Part shown: in pieces, positions 1 through 9,385 of the stretch | How the letters are laid out: each line of letters opens with the position of its first letter | Position numbering within the stretch: position 1 is the stretch's first letter | Assembly: GCA_002794465.1 (NCBI GenBank) | Contig: MTSL01000050.1 | Location: forward strand, 113,194 to 140,511 | Length of the DNA: 27,318 nucleotides | Direction: 5' to 3' | Source: Paramicrosporidium saccamoebae KSL3 | Lineage: Eukaryota; Fungi; Cryptomycota | Translations under genes and position numbers: made by a program | Notes under the pieces: generated by a model | What the model was told of the DNA's origin: nothing | Seen by the model: only the letters and a program-made list of their open reading frames with translations | Databases searched by the model: none

Positions 1-1
1 G

Positions 2-592
2 ATTGCAATACGCAAGTGCTGGTTCCCCGGTCCCCGTCACTATGCTGCTAGCTGCGCACCATTCGAATTCACTGGTGGTATTATCCAGAGGGTTGTTGGA
101 TTCGGTCAATATTTCCTTTCTCAGACAGAGAGATTAACTTTAAAGGGGAGGCTGTTCGGCTCTTTGATGGAGCACAACACAATGATTTTCTCTGAGCATG
201 TCAAATATGGCCAGTTTGGGAAGGGAACGGAAGCACTAAAGGATCAGGGCTTCTTTGGCAGTGAGAGGCTGTTGGAGGTGAAAGAGCCTGCCATTGATAC
301 ATTGGCGGTGGTTCTCACTGGGACACGCATCGTGATCCATTCATTTGGTGCACCAGCTTTGGCCGCTGTCTTACTCCGTGTCAAGAACGGTCAATACGAA
401 CCAATCATGGTCAATGAGGATAACATGTCAGTTGAGGGAACTCTGAAGTCGAAAGATATTATAGTCGTTGGTGTGTGCGAGACTATATGGAGAGGTCTAT
501 CATTTCCCGCAGACAAATTACTTGAGGATATCACCACTGATGTAGCGGAACAATTGCCATACGGCATGGCTGTCGCAGCCATCATTAGATAG
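2..592 (+). CDS. 3' part of a hypothetical protein, open to the window edge; weak resemblance to a degenerate PPM/PP2C-type fold
   Basis: The frame is stop-free from position 2 to TAG at 590-592 (196 codons). The spacing of DTLAVVLTGTRIVIHSFG...KDIIVVGVCETIW...MAVAAII recalls PP2C strands (TAVV..L.VAN.GDS / D.IIL.SDGLW / TVIV), but the metal-binding DG/GD residues are absent. Confidence 0.5.
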   Translation: MAIRKCWFPGPRHYAASCAPFEFTGGIIQRVVGFGQYFLSQTERLTLKGRLFGSLMEHNTMIFSEHVKYGQFGKGTEALKDQGFFGSERLLEVKEPAIDTLAVVLTGTRIVIHSFGAPALAAVLLRVKNGQYEPIMVNEDNMSVEGTLKSKDIIVVGVCETIWRGLSFPADKLLEDITTDVAEQLPYGMAVAAIIR

Positions 593-1132
593 TCAATTGT
601 GCTTGTGCCGTGATAGGCTCATGCATCCATGATAGAATATTACACTAATTATCATTTAATACACAACCGACCACTGGCGCACGTTTCCTATTCCTGTAGA
701 TCGGGTCGCTTAATCATTATACTGCCGCTAGGGGATGTAAATGAGAATGTTGCCACTTTGCGTCAGCTGTGCGCCTCATATGGATGTATCATTTGGCCTT
801 GCAGATACTGAAAAATTCGACTCTGAAATAGAGATGGATAAGAGCAATATAAAGTTTCATGACGTGCTTTGTAGGTGAGAGCTTCAATGATGAATTTTAG
901 TTTAGGGCTTGATCGATGGAGTCGAACGCAAGGTCTCTGTGGTTGCTGTTGAACAGTTAATTGTAAAGGACAAAGGAGCGATGGTGGCTGTCATCAAACT
1001 GGCCAATACTGATGAAGCTTGGCGTCGGTGGTGAAAGAGGGGTCAGATGGGCTGATCTAAAGTGCAAGGCGGGTTGAAGAGAAAGCTCTAAGCGTAAAGA
1101 CCAGACACTCGGCTTGGCCGTCTTACTTGACC

Positions 1133-1428
1133 TGTCGCGTAGTGGGGATAATACAATACTACGGACTTTGTCAAGCGGGAAGAGAACCCGCTCATTTTTA
1201 ATCCAATGGCCCTTTTATAGTCTCCCGAGTTGCATAATAATAATCCTCAAATGGTAAGATATAGATCTCATTATCCTTCGTCGATTATTCTGATTATCCC
1301 TTCTCCAAACTAGAGAACTATTTCCAAAAGACATACTAATCAGTCTTCTACGTCACAGACCTACTCACAATATTAGTTTTAGATATAGCAAGCACCGTTG
1401 ATGGCAGCTAAACTATAACCACTAACAG
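1133..1428 (+). repeat. Dispersed intergenic repeat family, copy C (degenerate, about 296 bp)
   Basis: Begins TGTCGCGTAGTGGGGATAA, identical to 5527-5545. Then, in the same order as other copies: GTCA-GCGGGAA, TCCTCAAAT, ACTAATCA..TCTACGTCACA (1335-1357), AGCACCGT (1391-1398) and CACTAACAG (1420-1428). Confidence 0.7.
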
Positions 1429-1494
1429 TATTACAAACACTACCAAAACTACTACTAATACTTGTTATTTACATTCAACTATGCCTAGAAACAA

Positions 1495-2166
1495 TCACAA
1501 TCGCGGAGCATGCGGCACCAGACAGCTTCCACCGCCGAGTAGAGGCGGAGATAGCCTTCTCTCGCCTGCTCTCGCCACAGCCGTGCTAGCTGTACCAATT
1601 TCTCCCCCAAGACCTGCAGCCATCGGCTGGCACTTGTGCCAACACTGCATACTCTTGCCTGTAGCTCGTAAAGACCTACTACTAATCAATGAGACACCAA
1701 TAGACTCACTGGGTGCTCGTGAATGCCATCCCACCGGCAGATCGGGTCCGACCAGACGAATGGGACGCACCTTCAAGCTTGAATGCACAATTACTAAACT
1801 CCTTACCGGCTGCAGCAGCGGAATAGGGGGCTTTGGTGTGGCAACGGGACACGACAGTGGGTCATGTGGTTGGTAGACAATCTTGGTGGGGACGTCTCGC
1901 ACGCATACTGCAGTCTGATATACAATGGTAGTGGAGAGAATCCGATGAATAGCTGCAGCCAGTACAATAGCCATTAAACATGCCGATACAGCCATAAAGG
2001 ACATTGTCATACCACCATCGGCCGTCTGTCGTTCATCGTCATCCTCGTCGTGATGTGGGAGGGTAGGGTAAATGATGAGAGGCGGGATTGGATGTTTCGT
2101 CTGTACAATGAGAAATTCATCGTCGCTCTCCAGAACGGGCGAGTCGCAATCCATTGTCATATTCAT
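1495..2166 (-). CDS. Orphan hypothetical protein with an acidic N-terminus and one predicted transmembrane helix
   Basis: 223-aa ATG-initiated ORF, with a hydrophobic segment MSFMAVSACLMAIVLAAAIHRILSTTIVY. No family recognised. Confidence 0.5.
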   Translation of the reverse strand: MNMTMDCDSPVLESDDEFLIVQTKHPIPPLIIYPTLPHHDEDDDERQTADGGMTMSFMAVSACLMAIVLAAAIHRILSTTIVYQTAVCVRDVPTKIVYQPHDPLSCPVATPKPPIPLLQPVRSLVIVHSSLKVRPIRLVGPDLPVGWHSRAPSESIGVSLISSRSLRATGKSMQCWHKCQPMAAGLGGEIGTASTAVARAGERRLSPPLLGGGSCLVPHAPRL

Positions 2167-2469
2167 CTGCAGTCACCCCTATTTATACTCTCCAGCCAGT
2201 CAGAGCCGAATAGGCTCGAGCCCATTGACCAATCAGCCGTTGAGTGGGTTTATATACTAAATTTCGTAGTGGAGACCTCTAAAGACTCTGATCCGTGCAA
2301 AGTTTGTGTTTATAGGTAGTAAAGACGGGGTCTTGATTTGGCGAGGATGTACATGCACATATATTCTATAATATATACACCTTGAACCCACACCACACCA
2401 CCCTCAACCCCACTCTTGCATTCCCATATATCACAATTTATAGATTATCGACTACAGCAGAGTGGATGA

Positions 2470-3383
2470 TTACCAGTCAAAGTCAGTGTTGGAGCGAGAG
2501 AAGCAGAAATCAGAGCCATTGACGTGGATGATCCCCGCCCGAAGCACTCCGCGCCATCGGGTACGCACGCGACCAATCTTTTCGTACTGACATAAAATAA
2601 GATCAGCAATGTTTTCGTCGTCCACTTCGCCGTCCAACTCGTCCTCGTCATCCAGGTCAGAACCCAATTCGTCGACTGGCTCGACAGCAGTGGTGACAGC
2701 AGAGGGGATGGATGCAGGAATTTCACTCCTGGGCCGTTTGGCATTTGAACCAGTCTCCTCCTCGCCGTCGTCGTCAGCATTGTCGTTGCCATCCTTTTCA
2801 CTGTCGCCTCCGTCATATTGTGGGAGCGTGACTACACAATCAGTAGGACCAAAAGGTCTACAGTCGAAATGTATGTCCATTGCGCCGTCATATTGGGGAA
2901 TGTTGTCATTCTGCACAGTCTCCACCTCATCGGTGGCAGGCTGCATCGGTTTGTTCACTGTTCGAATGGTTGTTGTCAGTTGGCCCGTTGCGGTTGGAAG
3001 CTGCACCGTGGCTGACATTATCGGTCTTGGCGGCGCATAGTACGGTACCGGTGTCGAGTAGGTGGCGGGGAAGCCGGGTCGCGCTACTCCAGGTGTCGGG
3101 TAGAAGAACCCTGCCGTCTGGGAGTAGTCGCGCGTCGCCGTAATGGGAAAGTCCTGTGGGCTGAAGACGCGCGATTCAATGAGCTTTTGCTCCCACAGCT
3201 ACACATTAACAATACCCCACCTGCGTACCGTTTGGAGGTCCACTAGCACCTGCTCATCCACTCCCATATTTACAAAATCCGTCCGCACCGTCTTAATGAC
3301 TTCCTCAATGACATTTTTGTATAATTGGGCCTACACCTATTATTCATTTCAGGGCTGCCTACCACATCTCCAGAGTTGGACAT
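2470..3383 (-). CDS. TOA1: Transcription initiation factor TFIIA large subunit (alpha/beta), 3 exons
   Basis: Spliced model: exons 3383-3363, 3330-3229 and 3198-2470, GT-AG introns 3331-3362 (32 nt) and 3199-3228 (30 nt). N-terminus MSNSGDVAQLYKNVIEEVIKTVRTDFVNMGVDEQVLVDLQTLWEQKL, acidic linker, and C-terminus LILCQYEKIGRVRTRWRGVLRAGIIHVNGSDFCFSRSNTDFDW are typical of Toa1. Confidence 0.93.
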
Positions 3384-3440
3384 GCCAAACCAGGGATGAG
3401 GGGGAGGATGGAGATTCCCAGAGAGTTTGTAGTTGTAAAG

Positions 3441-3534
3441 AGTGTGTAATGAGTAGTATGTAATGAGTGGTGTGTAGTGAGTAGTGTGTAGTGAGTAGTG
3501 TGTAGTGAGTAGTGTGTAATGAGTAATGTGTAAT
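3441..3534. repeat. 14-bp minisatellite, consensus GAGTAGTGTGTA(G/A)T, about 6.5 copies
   Basis: Units at 3451, 3465, 3479, 3493, 3507 and 3521 (three consecutive units nearly identical), plus a partial unit at 3441-3450. Confidence 0.95.
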
Positions 3535-3615
3535 TAGTATTTGAAATCTCATAGACCATTCATTCTTATACTATAGCCTCACAAATCCCCTCTTTATTAC
3601 ATTCTCACTACAGGG

Positions 3616-5293
3616 CTAGTTGTTGCCAAGACGGCGCATTATGTCTTCAATGGCAAACTCAATGGCACAACGCATCTCAATTTGGCTGTGCCGCTTCCAT
3701 GTTGCAACCTCGCCCTTTTGTATGCAGTATCGGACAAATTTTGGATCGGGATTGGACAGCAAATATTGGATATCCGAGCAGTAGATGGTCGGTGTGATTT
3801 GGACATCACCCACCATGGGAGCCTTGAAAAAGTTGAGAATATTCAAAATTATTTGGGGAACAAGTCCCAGTTCCTTCATCTGTCTGAACCGATGTGACAC
3901 TTCTGTAGTTGCCAGATTTGAAAGAGTCCACAAAAACGATCCGCGGTACTGTTCTGAGCGAAGAGGCCGCCACGTCAAATACGACGGCACTTGGGAGACG
4001 ATAAAGTTGTTGGCGTTGAAAAGCTCAGTTAGACGCTTCACCGGCATCTCTTGAACCATCCGGGCTGACTCTAGCTTTACCGCCGAAGGATGCCAAGGAT
4101 AGATTGTCCCGTCTTCCTTTTTGGACAAAAGCATGACTTCTTCATAAATGCCTGGTGTGGCGAGCGAGGCACATGCTGCCGTCCAGATGACAAGATCAGG
4201 TGCTGTCATGTAGTTCAGCAAAACTGGAACTTCGTGCTTTCTCTTGGCGTATACGGTAATGTTGAGGATCAGCCCTGATTTTTGGTATGCCTCCCTAAAG
4301 GTGACATCTCCGATGTTGTGCCTCGCACACTCTTCCATTACGCGAATGTCAAAGAGACGTCCATGTTTCAAGAAGCGGGTCAACTTTCGTTTAAAGCTGC
4401 CTTGGGCTCCATTTCTGTAAAAGGCGTCGAATTTGATAGTTTCGCCGCTAAATATTTCACTCAGCTTTGATGCGTCCTGCACACAGATGAGCGATGCAAC
4501 CAGAGCCCCAACATACGAACCACAGATTATCCGCGGCATTAAATTGCGCTCGTGGAGGGCCTTGACAACACCCAAATGACACATACCAAACGAAGCGCCG
4601 CCGTGGAGGATGAGCACCGTCCGGCCGAATGTCTGCAGCAGTTCGGAAAAGAACTCTCTTTTAGAAATGGGGTCGATGGAGGGGTCTTTGCTGTCGGCGA
4701 TTCTGTTTAGACCATGCACCACTTCATGAACGTACTCTTCAATCAGCGCCTTGGTTCCCGCAAACGAGTGTCTGTACAAGTCGGGATTTCCAATCCCGCC
4801 TAGATTTCGCAAATGTCCTAAACACATTACAACACTGGCAATCCAATACCGGCCCGAATAAAAAACATTGTGGAGGCAATGTCGTCCTCTGCGTTGAAGC
4901 CACGGAGGTGGTCGAGACGTACAGATATCATTTTGTGATCATATCCCTTTCCCTTTGGAATAGTCCTCCACCTTTCATTCCCTAAGTATTTGGTAAACTG
5001 TTCAAGTAGTCTTACCGGTGACCCTACAAAGTCAAATAACATGCGTTGTTACCGGTCAAGTTCCGCTGCAAGCATTTTCCATTGTTCATAGGACTCGGCC
5101 CTAGCCATCTGTCTTCTCAAAACATCCGCGTGACTTTGGCACGGATACATGATCGTGTTCAGGGACACCTGCGCTCAACAGACAGTTCAGCGGCTGTACC
5201 TGAATCCATTGGACCAGTGTGCTGGCAACCCGAAAGCTCTTTTCTAGCAAAAAGGCCTACTATCAGCTAGTCTGATCAATCGAGTACAATCAT
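3616..5293 (-). CDS. Patatin-domain triacylglycerol lipase family protein (TGL3/4/5-SDP1 type, with DUF3336-like N-terminus); catalytic motif degenerate; 6 exons, about 506 aa
   Basis: Exons 5293-5288, 5256-5200, 5168-5053, 5023-5016, 4981-4850 and 4817-3616, with introns of 31, 31, 29, 34 and 32 nt, all phase-consistent. Motifs: ESYEQWKMLAAELD, HLRNLGGIGNPDLY, FGRTVLILHGGASFGMCHLGVVKAL, LLNYMTAPDLVIWTA, LTELFNANNFIVSQ. Confidence 0.9.
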
Positions 5294-5526
5294 GGACAAC
5301 AGCCAGCCTCCTGCGGACCCGTGTTTCCGCTTAGGCTCAGCCTGCAACTTAAACTCCCGACCCAAATCGGTTAAGTAAAATTAATATTTTTGGGGTTTGT
5401 AGTAACTATTCTGATAAACAGCACCTGCTTCTGATTTGTAATCCAATGTGCTGAAGTTGGTAGTCTGTAGCGGTTAATAGCGAGATGTTCTCGTGCACTG
5501 AAAAAATTTGTTAAACCGCATCCGCT

Positions 5527-5832
5527 TGTCGCGTAGTGGGGATAAATAGTATGGACTGTCAGGCGGGAAAGGGGGGATTTGTTCACTGCTAATCCTAGAA
5601 TAGTATGCACACACATCTCACTGTCCTCAAACACTCGGCTAATCGATCCACTCTATCACACAAGTATATCTTCACATCTCCAAATGCCCACCTAATCAAC
5701 CCTCTACGTCAAACGCTTATGATTGGCGACCTTGACTCAGATACTTTTGCTATCCCACAATCCCGTGTTGGGGGTAGTAATCTGTAATGGCGTCATTTAG
5801 TAACTACATACGCTTGCTCTCTAACAGGGCCC
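5527..5832 (+). repeat. Dispersed intergenic repeat family, copy A (about 306 bp)
   Basis: Six colinear blocks shared with the inverted copy at 13322-13519: TGTYGCGTAGYGGGGATAAATAGTATGGA; TTRTTCACTGCTAATCCTAGAATAGTA; TGCACA..TYTCACTGTCCTCAAA; CTAATCAACCCTCT..CTACGTCA; AATGGCGTC.TTTA; CGCT..CT.CTAAYAG.GCCC. Confidence 0.9.
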
Positions 5833-5929
5833 CTTCGTCTGGATTTAGATAGCGTCGGACGGCCAGTCTACTTTAAGATAATGTGCATTGATTATGTCAA
5901 GACACCCCTCATTGTCAATCCCCGGCCCA

Positions 5930-6436
5930 ATGGACAACTCCATCCATCCGAACAAAAGAAACTTTATAGAGGGCCTGCATATCATTTTTGATCGCTGGGT
6001 TGCCTTCCGGATGGCACTGGATATGGAATGGGGCGGCCACGATACCTCGGACAAGGCACAGCAATTCAAAGAGGGGCTGGTGGACTATTTCGATCGAGGT
6101 AGGACGGTTCTGGTTGTTTTATGTTGAAGAGGGAAAGAATATTGAGCCGGAAGATATCGAAGACATTCTGCTTGATGTCATGTGTAGCGAGTTTTGCACA
6201 GTTCTTGAGGACGGCAGCGAAATAGAGGTTCATCTAGGGTATCCGAGTGCTCATTAGTTGTAGGTGGCAAAGTCTATCTGGGCGCTTTACCAAGAATCTG
6301 TAAAGGGAAATACAGCATTGCTAGAATCTCTGCGGCAGCGTGCTGGGAAGGCTTTGAACTTGAATGTTGTGAAACCATCAAACGAGGAATCCTCGTCAGA
6401 AGAGTATAGTGAAGATGACGACCCGATGGACGAGTG
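5930..6436 (+). CDS. TSR2: Pre-rRNA-processing protein TSR2 (Rps26 escortin), 3 exons
   Basis: FIEGLHIIFDRWVAFRMALDMEWGG (WGG motif) and IEDILLDVMCSEFCTVLEDGSEIE|VAKSI, with an acidic tail. Introns 6099-6129 (31 nt, AAG acceptor) and 6228-6263 (36 nt). An alternative in-frame ATG lies at 5894. Confidence 0.88.
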
Positions 6437-6657
6437 ATTCATAGATCAATAATTATTTAGATGAATGTATTATTTTTCCTTTGGTTGACCAGGTGAATAA
6501 GCTTTTCTTGACGCCCTGCGCATTCTAGGCCGAGCGAGCGGCCACTAAACTCCCCGCCCTTTATTGAAAGCTTTAATGTCCATCATATAAGCATCATACT
6601 TGTGTCGTGGCTAAAATACAAAACCAGCATTTTTCCTTTCTTTGGCACATCACTAAG

Positions 6658-9072
6658 ATGCCTTTTCGGCGTGTCGCCACCCTTTCGTCAACATCTACCA
6701 ACTTTTCCGAATTCCTAAGCACCTGGAAGTCGGTTACAGATGCGGAGTATGAGACTCACAAGGAAGCCTTTTCCTCTTGCATGGAGCATGGAGAATTGCC
6801 TGTTACTCAAATTATCCAGAATTATTTTGAACGTATCCGGACAGAGTATTCACGACGTGATCGTTATGAAAATAAAGGCGAGTTTATGAAGGTGCTCGTT
6901 CTGGGGAGCAGAATAAAGGCGCTGTATGGACGCCTAGTGCAGGACAATGTTGCCAAAGTGTCACATACTGTACTTTGCTGGATGAATGAAGAACTTCAGA
7001 CTCACATTTCGGCGTGGACGAGCGATCTCAAATTGCGTGTTTGTCCGAGACCTGCTTGCTACGGTCAGTTGGTGAAAGTCTCCATAATGTTGGACATTAC
7101 TCGCGACTGGGTTGCCTCTTTTCCTCTACAGCTTCGCGTGGCTAACTCGAACGGAACAATTTTTTTTGCACTTGGGTAGCAGCACAGGTTTGCCTTACGT
7201 TTTAGGTATTACGGAATCTTTTTATTGGACCAAATTATTGATAGCACAATTAGTTCTGTTAGTCGATTGCACGATCGCTTCTTGCTAAGGGGTGATCGGG
7301 GTCTCTTTATGCGGGATCTACGAAAACTAGTTACCGTGCTCAATTTCCGTTTCCAAACCTATGGGCGATGCATGCAGGTTATGAAACGCAGCGTAGCACT
7401 ATGCAGCGATCTAAAGGCTTTTTCGGAAGAGTCACTTCAAAAATTTCTGGTGCACTTGAAAAATTGTGGCAAGTTTATGATCGAGTACGAGGATGAGGAT
7501 GTTGTAGAGTTCTTGTCCACTTCTTTGCAGGATCCAGAAAGACGAAGAATATTCGACGAGGCCATTAGTGACTTTTCATTTGCCCTCACCGATGACTTTA
7601 GGATCAGAGTCTATCAGGGCGGAACTAGACACGGTGACATTTATGTTGAAAGTCGGCATTCGTGGGTCAAGGACAAGTGGGTTTCTGAGGTGTCTCATTC
7701 GTTTGGTCTGCAGATTACCAACTCGGGCTACTCGCCCATGCCAAAATTGAATTTATGGATGATGAATGTTCGATCTCGGCTAGAGATGATTTCGCTTTCT
7801 TCCTTTTGGGTTACTAACATTCTCGAAGACGGGGGATTTTTGACCGTGGATCCCGCGACAAACATAATGATGCACTACCTTGCCTGTGTGCACAGTGCCG
7901 AAATTCTTATAAATCCGATAAGCCTGTTGGTAGCGTCAACTGGAATGCTTTGGACTGTCACCATGGCAAAGATGGGGAGCTGGTTGTGTACGATGGAAAA
8001 ACTAATCGGAACAGAGTGGTTGACTCAACCGTGGAAAAAGCTGACTTTTTGCATGAACCTTATCAGCCAGTTGATCAGAAGGTGTCCTAAAAGCATGCGC
8101 TTGCATGGCCTTGTCAATGCCATGACAGACATAGTCAATTTATTGCAAGATGACGCCGATCTTAAAACTATTGACAAAGAAAACAAAGACATTAATGAAA
8201 AAATGATCCTCAAAGAGATGACAGTCAAATGTATTGACGAGGCTGTCCATTTAGAGTCGAAAAAGGTTGAAACTTGCGGGCCAGCAGAGGTTAAATACCT
8301 TTATCGTCTGGGCGGGGGATCATTTGGCCAGGTGTATCGCTGCTACGATCCTGTGCTGAATTGCGCCATTGCCTTAAAGGTCGTCACCGTCCCTGCTGCA
8401 GACGCCGTATCTGGCCAGCATCTGGCTTCTGAAATTGGTCACTTGAAGTACATTAACCATCGGAACATTACTCGTCTTCATGACTATGTTGTTCAGGGCA
8501 ACACGACCTATCTCAAGATGGAGCTCTGCGATGGCGGTTCTCTCCAGGACCTGATTAAACCTGGTAATCATGTTGACTTGCGACTGTTCCGGGGCGTTGC
8601 GCATCAGATCCTTCTGGGATTGTCCTTTCTCCATGCCAACCAAATCGTCCATGGCGATATGAAGCCAGCCAATATCCTTTGCGACTCTTTTGGCGCAATC
8701 AAGTTGGCCGACTTTGGAACATCACACTGTCTCATAAACAGCGCCCGGAACGAGACTACCGGCACCTTTCTATACACGGCGCCTGAAGTCTTGGTGGGAG
8801 GGGCAGCCTTGCCACATTCAGATCTCTGGTCAGTAGGATGCACTCTTTTCCATCTGGCTACTGGAATTCCTCCCTGGGCCGACTGTAGAACCTCGTGGCA
8901 AGTCATGCTAAAGGCCTCTCAGAAACAATGCTTCGACTTGACCCCGCTCCATCAATGTCCCTTGCCGCAAGAAGCAAAGGACATTATTTTGGCGTGTCTA
9001 GAGGTAGAGCCAGCATCTAGACCCTATGTTCCAGAACTCCTGGTCACCAAATATTTTTTTGATCCCGAATAG
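6658..9072 (+). CDS. Ser/Thr kinase of STE11/MAP3K type (SSK2/Wis4/MEKK4-like), non-RD, about 794 aa; paralog 1
   Basis: C-terminal kinase domain GGGSFGQVY, AIALK, MELCDGGSL, HGDMKPANIL, DFG, GTFLYTAPE, SDLWSVGC. The two ORF-track pieces (6607-7179 and 7225-9072) are in the same frame and are joined by a 30-nt GT-AG intron at 7176-7205 that removes the TAG. Confidence 0.85.
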
Positions 9073-9385
9073 CAAACCAATGTATATAGTAAACTGTGTC
9101 CGCTATTAACTACATAGCGGTATTCTAAAAGTTGGTTTATCTTGTCCCGCAAATTTCCTTTACAAGTCGCGCTTAAGGGATGATAATTTGTATTTAGAGC
9201 ATGATCAAATAAAAGAGTTCACCTTATGGAAGGAGCTCTACTACTCACAGACACAGCTACTGCTTAGGGCGTGCAATAGTAGCCCTTGTACGTAGGCTAA
9301 AGAGTCCTTGCACCATACAAGCCCATTCTTTTCAGCCTGGCGATTCATCAATTTCACTCGCCACTCGGGGAAACCGGGGGTATAT

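Noticed and set aside
2609-3040. Ser-rich antisense ORF over TOA1, and similar antisense ORFs over the kinases, WDR6, CTF4, PRP46 and PTM1
   Set aside because: These are shadows of the real coding strand (e.g. the reverse complement of GAC/GAG-rich acidic codons), with no independent motifs.
3349-3559. ORFs 3349-3552 and 3359-3559 with THYSLH/LLTTH repeats
   Set aside because: They are translations of the 14-bp minisatellite, whose unit is not a multiple of 3, and they overlap TOA1 exon 1 out of frame.
5527-5611. Repeat family as Helitron ends or a MITE
   Set aside because: CTAG is present but is not followed by T, has no strong upstream hairpin and lies mid-element. No terminal inverted repeats or TSDs were found.
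5371-5787. ORFs 5371-5634 (-) and 5605-5787 (+)
   Set aside because: Short, without motifs, and largely within repeat copy A.
7177-7179. In-frame TAG splitting kinase 1, read as a pseudogene or stop-codon readthrough
   Set aside because: A 30-nt GT-AG intron (7176-7205) removes it, and the spliced spacing between LG and DQI (7 aa) fits the paralog (9 aa) better than the unspliced 17 aa.
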